DNA from: Nageia nagi
Taxonomy: Eukaryota; Plantae; Pinophyta
Direction: 5' to 3'
Assembly: GCA_050084985.1 (NCBI GenBank)
Contig: JBITNC010000001.1
Location: 69,502,001-69,566,000, forward strand
DNA length: 64,000 bases
Below are positions 1-13,000 of the stretch, one piece after another. The position numbers and the translations under genes were made by a program. Every line of letters starts with the position of its first letter. Within the stretch, counting starts at the first letter, position 1. Below the pieces are notes generated by a model. That model saw only the letters and a list, made by a program, of their open reading frames with translations. It was not told the DNA's origin and searched no databases.

Positions 1-436
1 TGCAAAGTTACCAACACCAAGGGTTCAGCAAAGGGTGTGTATGATCTTGTGATCCATAAAAATAGGTAGAATATGGCTTTCCTAAGTCATCACATACAAA
101 CTTACCACGCTTGACTCCCACACGCTTCCAAGTTCCAACAAAAAAATTGAGAAAATAACAAGATAAGAGAAATAAACATCACCACATAAAGACACTATCA
201 TCTATCATGTGATGAAAATGAAGTACAATCATATTCTCCAAAGGACCTCCAAAACTCCAACATGACAATAGCTTTGCTCCCAAGACCACAATCGAAGTCT
301 TACAAACCTTTTCATGCCACTTTGGCCAACCTTAAGGTCTTCTTCTCTCTCATCACACAAATTGACTTCTTAAAACACATCCATTATCTCCTCATGAGAA
401 TAATGAACAAATATGTCATATGGAAAAACCTCTATA

Positions 437-1299
437 TGCAACCCCCTCCTAGAGGGCCGTTCCGGATGTTTCCGGCATTCAGGAGAGGGGGAGTCACCTT
501 GGGAATATCTCCCAGCCATTCCCGATTTGGGAACCGTTTTCATGAAAGGAAACGTCCAAGGAGTGCTCCCTACAAGGTTAGGCAGTAGCCACTTTAAAAA
601 AATAAAATCCAACTTTACTTTAAAAAAAAAAGGCATGGGGTGGGTTCCACACATGTCCCCACCCCCCAAACCTTTAAAACACAAACATAAAGCCTCCCAA
701 TTGCAAAACATGTTGATCCTGTGGAGGTAGCTAATCTCGAGGTTGATGATGATATGCAAGGGTTGGTTGGATTGCCGTTGGAGGATGTCCACTTGGATGA
801 TGAGGCAAGTTCATCAAATAGTCTTCTTGATGAAGAGGATCATATTGATTACAAGCAGGATTTATTACTGGCACGAGCCCTTAAAGCCATAGTTTGATAG
901 TTGTGATTTTGGCATTTTGGCATTTTGCAACCTGCTACTATGACTTTTGAGTATTTTTTATTTGAGATTTCAGATCTATCCTAATGTACTAGACTGATTC
1001 AGATTTCTGATTTAATGATATTATGACATTATGATCATTGATTATGGCTCATTTTGATATTATTTTTCAATGTTTCATATGATTGAATTGATAATATTAT
1101 AATAATAATGAATTAGAAACAATCACATTTAAAAAATCTAAAAATTCCAGGATTTTTTACTAGTATTATACTAGCCGCTCCCCTTGCCGTTTTCGAGGCG
1201 CTCCCTAAAAATGACCTGTCATTCCCGTTCTTGGGAATGTGTTCCCACCACTCCCCTACTCCGCTGTTTCCAACAACGGTGAATCCTTGTCAACCTATG
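437..1299 (+). mobile_element. Probable non-autonomous hAT-like element remnant (boundaries approximate)
   Basis: GC-rich subterminal blocks with GGGAA/TTCCC motifs at both ends; internal acidic tail VDPVEVANLEVDDD...LLDEEDHIDY resembling a hAT transposase C-terminus; ends CCTATG; no clear TSD. Confidence 0.45.
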
Positions 1300-2746
1300 T
1301 AGAATTGTTCATTACTCCTTGCATCAACATAGTAACAATCCTCACAATATTCTCTCATACACTCACACTACATGACAATGTCTCTCATGCACCTAAGCAT
1401 GGTTAAAATCTCACTCCAATACGAGAGTGGCAAAACTCTGGACAAAACCTCTATGGAGACTTACACGATTCTCATATTCTATAACATGGAACGACTCCCT
1501 CAAAGTTCCACTCCATGAAGATTCTACATTTTGAAGCACTCTTTCAATTTAACCATAGCCTCCTGGGCGTATGAATACAAATAAATGGTTACAATTTATT
1601 CTCCATGTGATTGTAGTTAAAATCACATTTTTTATATATGTATATAATTTTTTAGTTAATTTAATAACCGCTTGTAATTTAGTTATTTCAATAACTAAAT
1701 GAGGCAGGTTTCATGTTGCTAAATCAACAAAAGCAACCATTGGGCACAGTTGGGTGTTGGTGAAAACAAGGGAAGTATGTTCAGTTTGCACAACCGTAGA
1801 AAATTCCACAACCGGGCTGAAACTTCAAACTCGGACAATTTCCTCGAATAAGCTCCAAAGTAGTAATACATGAAAACAATCAGCACAAAAATGGGTATCC
1901 AAATATGTAATCTGAATTTGAGTTTGATGGAGGGAAAAGGAGAAAAATGAAGATGAAACAAACAGAGGTTAAAAGTGGCGATGGAATAATTTGAATTTGA
2001 GAGGAAGATGGACAAAGTTCTGATTTGTGATAATCCAATTTCGGATCACCATGAGTGTTAAAAAGATTTACCCTTGGCACAACTAGAGGTTATGAAGGTG
2101 GCAGGATTTGAATTCAAGATGTGTTGTAATGAGGTACCGATTCCACTAGTATAAAATCAAAAACAATAAAAAAACAACCTACTTGCCTAAGGTGAAAAGA
2201 ATACAACAACATACTTCTTGAAATAAACATACAAGAAGTAGATGTTGTTTCCATCACCATAAATTTAAGATAAAGGAGGATAGTTGTTTCATGAATATAT
2301 TAAAGAACATGTGAACAATTGATTTTGAATGATAGTTATATGGTAACAAATAGAGAGCAATTCCTCGAAATAGAAGGCAAGTACATTCATAATAAAATGT
2401 TTTTCATTGATTTTAATTTATTTTAAAATGGAAACTAAATTTCAAATGTACATAAGAACTTCGAGGTAGCAGGAAATTTATTGTTGTTGATGATGTGACC
2501 ATCGCTGTCACATCATTTGACAATATTTTTCTAATTTTTTTCTAATCAGTTCACAGATTTGCCATTATAAATTTATGTCACCATTTAATCAGTGCTCTTT
2601 TTAATATTCTATGAATTAATACAATTATTGCTGTCAAAGAATTAATTAATGCATATTTGCATTATCTAATATTATGAGAAACATAGATTATTTCCTACAA
2701 TAGGAAACATACTGAAGATGACTAAAAGACGTCTGCATTCGTTTTT

Positions 2747-2970
2747 TGTAACATTAGTAGTTTAGCCTTAGTTTAATTTTCAGATTTATGAATGTAATCC
2801 TCCATAGTGTAAGAAGGTAAATGGTCAAGAGTCTTAGGGTTAGCTCAACAGCCACCATGAAAGGTGAACTGGAGTATCATTGACTCATTTGTCATTTCCT
2901 CTATATGTGTGTTTCCTTATGTATTTTGTTATAATCTTAGGAGTTAATAGTAGTTTTGTTTTTGTAGTCA
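2747..2970 (+). repeat. 5' LTR of Copia element 1
   Basis: TG...CA, followed by tRNA-Met-type PBS. Confidence 0.88.
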
Positions 2971-4153
2971 TTGGTATCAAAGCCCTGGTCATTACCCTAC
3001 CTTTTTGAAACTCTACTAACTCCTCTCAAATTTAGATTGTGTGAGTTGTCTCAGTTTATGATTGTTGTTTTCGGGTTTCACCTAAACTGGATATGAAGCA
3101 CGGATATTCAAACTACGCTTTTCTGTCTCAATTTTAATACCCCAAAGAGGTCTAAGTTCAAATCCAAACCCTATTTTTGTCTATCTTCAAAACCCACATT
3201 TTTGTTTCAACGCCTACAAAATTTTTGTCTTCAAATTGTGTATTTGGAACCTTGCATATTTTTTTGTAGCTCTCATCTTCAAACGTCTGAATCAAAGTTT
3301 ATTTGTCTCAAATATCCTGTGAAAAAAAAAGTCACAAAACATTATTCTTGTTCGAATCCAATAGTCAAACCTCAATTAATTTTAGAGTCCAAAAAGGTGC
3401 TCAAGTATTTCATATTTATTTTGCTTTCGCTGCATGAGAACCTTGGTGTGTGCTATCAACCTCTGTGGATGACAGTGTGCCAAGTCATTTAAATCTGTCG
3501 ACCACCTGTGTGCTCTGTTGTCCACCAATAATGCCATGCCATCCATCTGTCTGAAAAGACATGTGCACCCATCCTTGAAATTGTTTGTCCCACGATGGAA
3601 AACCGTGGATTGCCTAGTGAACATGCAAACAGTCTTCACAAGAAAAATCCTCACGAGCAGAGTCTGATGGATTTCATCAAGACAAGAAAGACATTCCATC
3701 CACAAGTTTGATGAAAAGGTTGAAATAAGGAGTTCATCCGATAACAAGATTGTAATAACTAGATGGAAGATGAGAAATTGTTGAAATTGAAGGGTGCATC
3801 TGCAAAATCCAAAAATTTTGCATACCTCACTCAACAAGGTACAATGCATTATTTCAAAAATTGGCTCCAAGCCAAATTTTAAAAATCAGGAAAAATCAGC
3901 AAAAACATTAAAAGAATAAACAAACTACAATATTTTTTTTCTACGAGATATGTTTATATAATTGGCATAAAACATTCTCATATCATCCAACAACATTAAA
4001 TTCATAAAAAATAATAACTTACATAATAAAAATTAATATTCATCAAAAAATTTATATATATATATAAAACCTGTAACATTAAAATTTTTAAGAATAATAT
4101 TTATTGCAATAAAAATAGTATTATTATTTTTTACATAAAAGTATTTTAAATTA

Positions 4154-5637
4154 TTGAATAAGAATGGGTGGTGGATGGGAAAGACTATTGTAACAAGGCG
4201 GAGGATGAGCTGGCGGCATAACATGAACGGGGATGTCATGTAGTCCCACACTTAAAATCAGCATTGAAGTTGGAGTACTTGGTTCATCATTCTCCGAGGT
4301 CGCTCACATGAGGGAGGTGATGAAGCTAGAAGGAGATCCGCAATATGATGCATGTGAGTCCAATGATTGGACATTTGAAGGTTGGGAGGCTAGGTTGTGG
4401 ATGTTAAGAGAAGGGAGCATCACCATCAAACAGAGGTGAAAATTGCTGAGCACATGCAGAGAGATTTGGTTTTAATGGCAAAGCTCCTAGCAAACGATGA
4501 CGTCCAGGAGGTGCTGAAGAAGGCAGGCTACTGGAATGTTTTGGAACGGTTTGAGGGGTATGATGTAGATGTCTATAACCAAATGGCAATCAATAGGGTG
4601 GAAGAATGTGTAATAGTTGGAGCCTTCTCGTTCGAAATCTCCTTGGCAATCTTCACAAAGATCCCTAGCTTAGCGGATGAAGGGCTGAAGATTACAAGGG
4701 ATAAACATCCACAACAAATGGAGCTAGATTTCTTCTTCTCATCGGAGAGAATTGGGTGGGACGGGAAGTATATTCTGAGAGAAGGCTTGCCTCAGCCATG
4801 GCCGAAGGTATCCAGGACAATTATGAACTATTTTACCCTAGACACCCAGATGACGTGGGTGCAAGGATACCACCTAGCGATATTGAATCATATCCGTTGG
4901 TGAAAAAGGGTCAATGTCCCGTATTTTCTCTTCAAAGGGCTAGAGAAAGCAACAAAAGACTTTCAGAAGGGGAGAACCAAATTTGCCTTGCATCAGGGGC
5001 TATTCCTGCTCATAGCAAGGTTTATGGCGAAAAAACAAGGCTAGATGGGGGCTATGGACGACCTAATGCCAATCATCAATAAACCGAAGAGTGGAGCTCC
5101 TAGAGGTAACAGGAAATGGAAGGAGGCTGAAGATGGGATGCGCAGCTCGCAAAGAAGAAGCATGGTGGTGGTGAAGGAGGAATCTGAAGACTCGGACAAG
5201 GAGACACCTCCGATATCCCAAAAGCAAAGCAGGGAGCTAGGAAGAATGTGAGAGCAACATGGGGAATGCTCTTGAAGGATATTGGAGCCCTAAGAGGTGC
5301 TCTCCTGGAGGGGTTAAACAACATCGTGGCTATGGTCAACAAGCTCTAGCAACGTATTTGCGAGAAGATGGAGGGATAGGGTTTGGTGTCGTTTATGGTG
5401 AGTCTGTATGTTTTGACCCGAAAGGGTAGCGTCTGTGATGGGTCTTCATGACGTGTAGTATCATCGTTGTCCGTTTTTGGCCCGAAAGGGCATAGGGTGA
5501 AGTTGCCTTGGTCTATGTGTGTCATAGGGTGCCAAGAGGCATAGCAAGTGTTTTGCGTAAATAGTGTGTTGGAAATCACAAGGCATATGTAATTAGGGTT
5601 ATTGGTTCCCATCAAAACAACCACTAATATAAACAAA
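4154..5637 (+). mobile_element. 5'-truncated polyA-tailed non-LTR retroelement carrying a degenerate extra ORF
   Basis: 17-bp TSD AAAAGTATTTTAAATTA (4137-4153 / 5638-5654), A-tail, GC-rich island in AT-rich host sequence; ORF 4397-4903 continues past a stop to ~5250. Confidence 0.85.
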
Positions 5638-8306
5638 AAAAGTATTTTAAATTAAATTTGTATTTATTTATTACTTCAAAAATAAAATTAATACTTATAA
5701 ATTTTCTAAATTATATATTTATACAATTATTTAATTTCAATAAATATAGATATATATATTTAATTTCATTTTAAAAAATTAATAATAATTGCTATATTTC
5801 AAATTTAATAAAACAAATTAATTTAAAAAACAAATGAATTAAAAATTAAACAAACGAATTAAAATAAATAAATTTAATAAAACCAACAATTTAAAAAAGT
5901 AAAAGAAAATAAAATTAAAAGTGTTTTTGCAAAACACCCTTCTCAACCAGGTAGCCACCTACAAGATCAACATCACCAATGAGCACCACACAAAGAGACT
6001 TCCGCTTTGATCCCAAGCGAAAGTTTCCCACTAGAATTCACCAATTGGGATGCTAGATAATGGAACTGTGCAACCCTAGGAACCTGATTTCATGCACAAT
6101 CATACGATGCTTATGATAATGTATCAAGCTTGAAGATTTGGTGCTAATGGAGAGAAAATCTAGGATGGAGAAGGAAAAAGGTCGAGGCTACGACACTTCC
6201 GACAAAAATAAACAAAAGCCTTTGCTCTTTGAGTATATAATCCACTGAGTTTGAGATTAACCAACGCTTTTACGGCTTAGGGGAGGTTGTGCTCCACAAT
6301 TATGCGTATTTAATAATGATTTTTACAAAATAAAATGGTGATTTAATAATGACTAGTTGACAACGTAATTTGTGGTATAAATCAAAGATTTTCAAACAAA
6401 AAATCAATCAAATGGAAAATCGCAATTCCTAATGATTTTTGGAACACCGGTACAATGTCCTCAAGCCTCCTTTGCCATGCACATTTTGGGCATCTCAATC
6501 ACGATAACCTTCATATGTTTAAGAAACATGGTGTCACGGGTTTGCCCACATTGCCATGGAATTTTGGAACAATGAGAGCCTTGCATTTTTAGCAAACATC
6601 ACAAGAAACCCTTCCCACGATCAACTTGGAGCTAATGCTTGTTGCTTTGGCAAATGGCAATAAAAACATCATGACTTTCATTTATGACTACATCAAGATG
6701 ACTTGGACATACTGTTTTAATCACAAGTCGAAAGCATTTGAGAAGTTTCAAAATTTTCATGTTTGGATTGAGAATGAAGCAAAATCCCATATTGACACTC
6801 TTCACACCAATAATGGAGGAGAATACACTTCAAATGAATTCAAAACATACCTTCATCACCATGGAATCAAACTTCATATAACACATAACATAATGGTTTA
6901 GCAAAGAGGATGAATCAAACTATCATGAACATGGTTCAGTAAATGTTGTTGTTCATAAATGTGAGGATCATGTTTTGGGCTAATGCATTTTTGTAAGAAA
7001 AGTACATTTGAAACAGATGTCCCTCAATAGCTCTCAAAAGCAACACTCCTAACGAAATGTGGTATACCCACATTCCTTCAATGAAGCATCTCAGAGTTTT
7101 TGGTTGCACCTATTATGCTTTGATTCCCAAGGCTAACAAAAAACAAATTGGGTGCAAGGAGTCATAAATGTGTTTTTCTGGGCTATTCAAATACTTCCAA
7201 AGCTTACCATATATATGATTAAATCAATAAAAAATTCATTATTTCACAAGATGTCATCTTCAAGGAAACTTCCAAAGATGAAAACATTGTCGAGCGCCAA
7301 CTAGAACACCTCCATAAGTCCACAATGAGAAAAAATGATAAATTTCAAGATGAGATTCCAAACTTTGGAGGGGTGATCCCTATTCTAGACCAACTTTTGG
7401 AATTTACACGTAAATTTCTTGAAAACACCTCTCACAACAATAAAAACCATCCACTTCATTAGTGATGGTTGAGAACAAAGATTAGTTGAAAGATGTGAAG
7501 ATGTCAATGAGAGAATTGGACGGTTGAGTATTGATGAATTGAGGCACCTCAAGAACCCTCAGAACAACCTAGACCATCACAAAATTTTCTAAAATAGGCC
7601 ATGAAAACACTAGAGAGTGTTCATCATGATGAAATGAGGAAAACATAATCAAAAGTTCCCATTAGAGCAAAAAGGAACCACAACCAATACAACAAGAACA
7701 TTTCGAGTTTGAAGATGCAGCAAAAAAGTGATGTGTCTGATATGGAGTGTTTGTATAATTGTGAATTGAATAAAGTTTGAATAAAGTTAAAAGTTCAAAA
7801 CCAACTTACTTCAAAGAAGCAGTAACTCAGAATGTGTGGACGGATGCAATGCATAAGGAATTTCATGCACTCGTCAAGAATGGGCCATGCAAGTTGGTTG
7901 ATCCTGCATAAGGAACCAACCCAATCAGTTGCATCTATGTCCACAAAAACATGTACAAATCAAGTGGCTCACTTGACAAACATAAAGCGAAACATGTTGC
8001 CAAGGGATTTGCACAAAAAGAATAATGTAACAGACAACTATTCATGCTTTGTTGTCTTTGTCAGCTCAATACGGATAGAAGATTCACCAAATGGATGTGA
8101 AGACACCATTCCCGAATGGTAATTTGGAGGAGAATGTGTACATGATGCAACCTGAAGGTTTAGCTGTGAAAGGAAAAGACAATAAAGTCTGCAAGCTAAT
8201 CAAGTTGTTGTATGCAATTAAACAAGCTCCTTGCATTTGGTATGAAAATTTGACCAAACACATCTTGAAGATCAATTTCAAGCACTTTGATGATACAACA
8301 TTTTTT

Positions 8307-8640
8307 TCAAGAAAGTTGACAAAACTGTTGTATCCAATGTGATGTTGTTGACATTTTCATAACAGGAAGAATGAAAGGTATATTGCTACAGTCAAAGAGA
8401 TTTGAGAAGAATTTGAAATGAAAAATATGGGTCTTCATACTATTTGGAATTGAAGTCACTCGAACATCAAGAAAGTTGACAAAACTGTTGTATCCAATGG
8501 TGGGTGTTGTTGACATTTTCATAACAGGAAAGAATGAAAGGTATATTGCTACAGTCAAAGAGGATTTGAAGAAAGAATTTGAAATGAAAAATATGGGTCT
8601 TCAATACTATTTGGGAATTGAAGTCACTCGAACATCAAGA
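8307..8640 (+). repeat. ~160-bp tandem duplication inside Copia RT
   Basis: TCAAGAAAGTTGACAAAACTGTTGTATCCAATG at 8307 and again at 8467, with TCAAGAAA microhomology. Confidence 0.85.
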
Positions 8641-9467
8641 AACATCTTCATTTCTCAGAAAAGGTACATTGGGGAACTACAGAACAAATTTGGAATGAAT
8701 GACATTAAACCAATTTGTATTCCAATGAAACAAAACCTGAAGCTGGCATCAATAGAAGGAAAACAGTTTTGAGTATGCAACAATCATATGCAAGTCAACC
8801 TAAAACAATAAAAAAAAAGGTACCGATAGCTAGTTGGAAGTCTCAACACCAGATAAATCCTTTGCAGTTGAGATTTTTTCTCAATATATACAATAACCAT
8901 GTGAACATTGGGTAGCAGCAAAGCGAGTTCTTCGATACTTGAAGGGAACACAAAATTTTGGACTCAAGTACTCCAGAACAAATGACTTCAAACAAGTTAG
9001 TTATTCAGGCCCAAACTATAATGGTGATAAGGAACATGGGGTATTCACATCAGGATTTCTCATGAGTTTTGAATCAGTAGCAATCTCATGAAAATAATGA
9101 AAGCAATTGGTCCCAGCAGATTCAAAAGAAGCGAATTATAGGGCAACTGCAGTAGCAACCAAATAGATAATTTGGCTCAAACACATTTTGGAAAATTTGC
9201 AGGAGAAACAAGTGAATGCTACTCCATTGATAGTTGATAAATGTTTTACAATAAAGTTGACCAAATATCCAATTTTTCATGAATGAACAAAACACATAAA
9301 TACAAAAATATCAATTGATTCGGCATCATGTAGCAATCAGAAATATTCAATTGAAGTGTTGTTCCCCAGATGAACAACCAGCAGACATCTTCACCAGGGC
9401 ACTTGAAAGAGAAAAGTTCAAAAAATTCAGGAAAATGGTTGGGCTATCAAACACACCTTTAGATTAA

Positions 9468-9698
9468 TGTAACATTAGTAGTTTAGCCTTAGTTTAATTT
9501 TCGGATTTATGAATGTAATCCTATGGAATGTAGGAAGATGGACGCTCAAGAGTCTTAAAATAAGCTCACTAGGTAACATAGAAGGTGAACTGACTGCCAT
9601 ATGTCATTTCCTTTATATGCATGTTTCCTTACGTATTTTGTTAAGATTTTAGAAGTTAATAATATTTCAGTTTCTGCAGTCTACATCTTGGCCTGACA
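9468..9698 (+). repeat. 3' LTR of Copia element 1
   Basis: Direct repeat of 2747-2970; ends CTGACA followed by TTTTT. Confidence 0.88.
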
Positions 9699-9923
9699 TT
9701 TTTAAGAAACAAAACTAGCTCCGTAATACTGTTTGGAAACCACGTTCTAGATAGCTAATGCATTTATGCCACACACACTAATGCATTAAAGTTAACAACA
9801 TTTCTAATAATCATGCAGAAATAGAAGCATTCATATTGAATTGTTCAATAAAGAGTAAACATAGAATTTGTTGGCCCATTCATGAATACAATGCATGAAG
9901 TCTAATGCTCAGTTTGTACTCAC

Positions 9924-10016
9924 CTTTATTGGAGACAAATCATAAAAGAAAAATACTCCAGGAAGGGATCGGCTTAACCCAATTTCGGCAGCTTTGAAGT
10001 GTTCAGTTACTGAGAA
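9924..10016 (-). CDS. ERGIC3: ERGIC3 exon 11 (FSVTEHFKAAEIGLSRSLPGVFFFYDLSPIK)
   Basis: TGTAG acceptor, GTGAG donor. Confidence 0.95.
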
Positions 10017-13000
10017 CTACAAATAACCATATTGAACATGCAATTATATATCCCGTCATCATAATTATTGAAACTTTGGAGGATCTGAAAAGTATATTCT
10101 GACCCAATACTAACCTGATTTGTCAAGATCTTATTCCCTCTTATGTCAGTATATACAGTTGGAACCACCTGCATACAAAGAAAGAGGATACAAAACCAAA
10201 ACAACAGACATTCAAGAAACACTAAAGGTCTTTACAACTTCTGATAAAGCTATCTTCATTAATGTTAAAGAGAAATAGGAGAAACACAAGATAATAATAT
10301 TATGCCCACCTTGATAAAATACTGGTACATGCCAGTGGCAGTTTGCTGTCCTTGTTCAACTCTGGAAGAGAACCAAATGACATAAAACAAACTCAATGTG
10401 CATCAAGTTCCATAACTCAATAAAGTCATCTCAAAGAGACATCAAACACCTGTATAATCAAATTTATTTTCTTGCAACCACACCCACTTACCCGTCAAGA
10501 GGATTAACAACCCCAGGAAAATGTGCACCAAAACTCAATTTATGTATCTTGTGACTGACCTGCAAAATACAATGTCTTTCCTTCAGTCATGTAAATATAA
10601 TATCAACTGCATCATATCATGCATTCAAGAACAATTTCATGACCAAGAAAACAAAGGAAAGTCAAAATCTTAATTAGCAATATGAAGCCAATGTGCCCCT
10701 TGAAATGTACATGTGACAATTTCTACTTACATTGAAACTCTCCTTCTGAAATGCCAAGAGATCATGCACATGCATATTTGAATGTTGAAAACTTTTGCCT
10801 GGAGCGAAATGAAAGTTGCCTGCTACTTTGTTCACCTCAATAGATCCATATAAGTTACATCCCTCACCTTCTTCCTCTTTAATCTTTTGAAGGAAGCCTT
10901 CCCTTTTACACTAGGAGAAAAATTAACTGGAAAATTAATTTTGCTAAAATGTAAAATCAGGTAGGACCAAAAATTTAAGCATATTATCACTTCCATTTGA
11001 TAATAATGTCACATAAATGGACTAATGGACAATTGTAAACAGGATTCCATAAAAAACAATAACAAGAATGTCTTTCCAAACAACAACTGGAACATTCTCT
11101 TTCCTTATATGGTGACAGTTTTCAGATTGCATGCATGTCAAATAATGCAATTTCAAGATGGTCTGTATTTAAAAATCAGTCACCTCAGTGCAGTGATATA
11201 TTATAAATTGTTCGTGCCAGTAGCAAGCAAACAAGCAAGTCACAAACATGAGATGCTGCTGAGGAGCTAGAACAAAAAGCTTTTCACAGTTTCATAAATA
11301 AGGGAACTAGTAAAAAGAGAGAGAAAACAGACTTGTATGTCAACTATGATATTTTCATAAAATATGCTTATCTTTAAAAAATTCCAACTTGGTGTAAGCT
11401 TAAGAATGATTGAGAATTGTCCAGGATATGATCCTTACCCATTTTAAGTATTATTTGCCTGCTGAAAACTATAGTACTAGTTTCAATTTGAAGTGTGATC
11501 ACAAGAAAAGATATCATTTTACCTCTTTCGCAACAATAGTTTTTTTCAAAGATGTATATAAGCTGAGAATGGACACCATGAATGGAAGTAGCCCTTTGTG
11601 TATCTACCCTTTTACCCATATAACCATTCAGAGGTGTTTATCAGCCATACTTGTTGCTTGTGGGTCAAACCTAGCTGTTGGTCCAGTCCTTGACCAAAAC
11701 ATATCATATGCATCAGATTTGTGACCACCTCTCCATCTGATGGCCAAATTTTGAAAAAAAAATATAATTCCAAAAAACTTTGATAAAAAATTTTCGGTGG
11801 AGGCGATAAGAAAAACAAAAATTTTGAATATACGGCCCAATAAGGTTTGGAAAAAAAAATTAAAAATAAAATAATGCATTTAAGGGGGAAAATTGAAGGC
11901 ACACAACCCAAAACCACTCATGCCCACATTGAAAATTATTACAGAAATATAAATATAAAATACAGAAGAAAAGAAAAATATCAGATGTTTCATTTTACTT
12001 CATGTAACAATGGACACTTTCTACGAACATTTATTGGCCTAGAAGATCTGAAAAATGTAATGTTACATGTTAAAGAAAGCGTATACATTCATTTCCACAT
12101 TTCAAAATGGATTCAATTGGGATAAAATCAAAGGAGCCATTATAGGCAAACGGTTTCACAAGTCTTCAAATGGTGAATATGATATATCATCTGTACAAAT
12201 TGTATAACAGTAACCCAAAAGTGACATACAGATCCAAAAACTTAAAAAATGAAATTGAAAAGTTTCGATTACAAATCATAATTGTGAAACATAATGATAT
12301 AGAGGTAATTGAAAGAATGCATGACATGCCAAGGTAATTCTGTTATGTTTTTGCCTATTTGAAGCTTTATCCATATAAATTGAGCATTAAAAACCCTAGT
12401 TAGCATGATGATGATCAGTTGAGATCACTAAAGTACTTTGATGGCTGTATTTAAGTCTATTTTTGGTAACATAAGGTTCATACAAAATCCGAAGTAAAAT
12501 CTATACCAGAAGACAGAGGATTTGGCTCAATCTGGAAGGCTAGCATTCTTGTGTACAGTTCCCTTGCATTGGGATAACAACAGCACATTGCATGTAACCC
12601 ATTATATGTAGATAAATATATTTTATGAAAAGCAAAACTTTTAATTGCTCAGCTAACTGCAGCTACTCTTTTAGAGCTTCAGGTTCCAAGTCCTGGACTT
12701 CTTGAGAAATGCCACAAATGAGATTAGTTCTCTAGCAGATCCTTTGCAAGTGATCTATAAAAGTGCTGCTCTCAGAACTGCCAAAAGGGAATGTTGGGTA
12801 GTTTTTCTTTCCTACCCTATAGTAGTGGGAAAAACTCCAACACCTTAGGTGAAAGGACGTTACTCCTTCCCACTATGGGGATTGGTTACCCCAAAGGTTA
12901 GCTTCACGATTTGGCAAAGATAACTCAGGGAACAGCTGAGATGTTTCAAATTGCCACCAACATGAATATCATGTGTGGATTCAAGGGAATCTAAGTTCTG

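Larger units (their letters stand above)
2747..9698 (+). mobile_element. Decayed Ty1/Copia LTR retrotransposon (element 1) in ERGIC3 intron 11
   Basis: LTRs 2747-2970 and 9468-9698 share TGTAACATTAGTAGTTTAGCC start; PBS-like TGGTATCAAAGC at ~2972; TTTTT on both flanks; fragmented integrase (~6470-7270), RT (MDVKT..NGNLEENVYMMQPEG) and RNase H (~9000-9450). Confidence 0.9.

Noticed and set aside
3382-3870. 162-aa minus-strand ORF as a captured gene
   Set aside because: No recognisable motif, non-ATG start, lies inside a TE
1-9923. Final ERGIC3 exons (second TM segment and C-terminus)
   Set aside because: No matching minus-strand exon recognised; presumed beyond the left edge, though a missed small exon cannot be fully excluded
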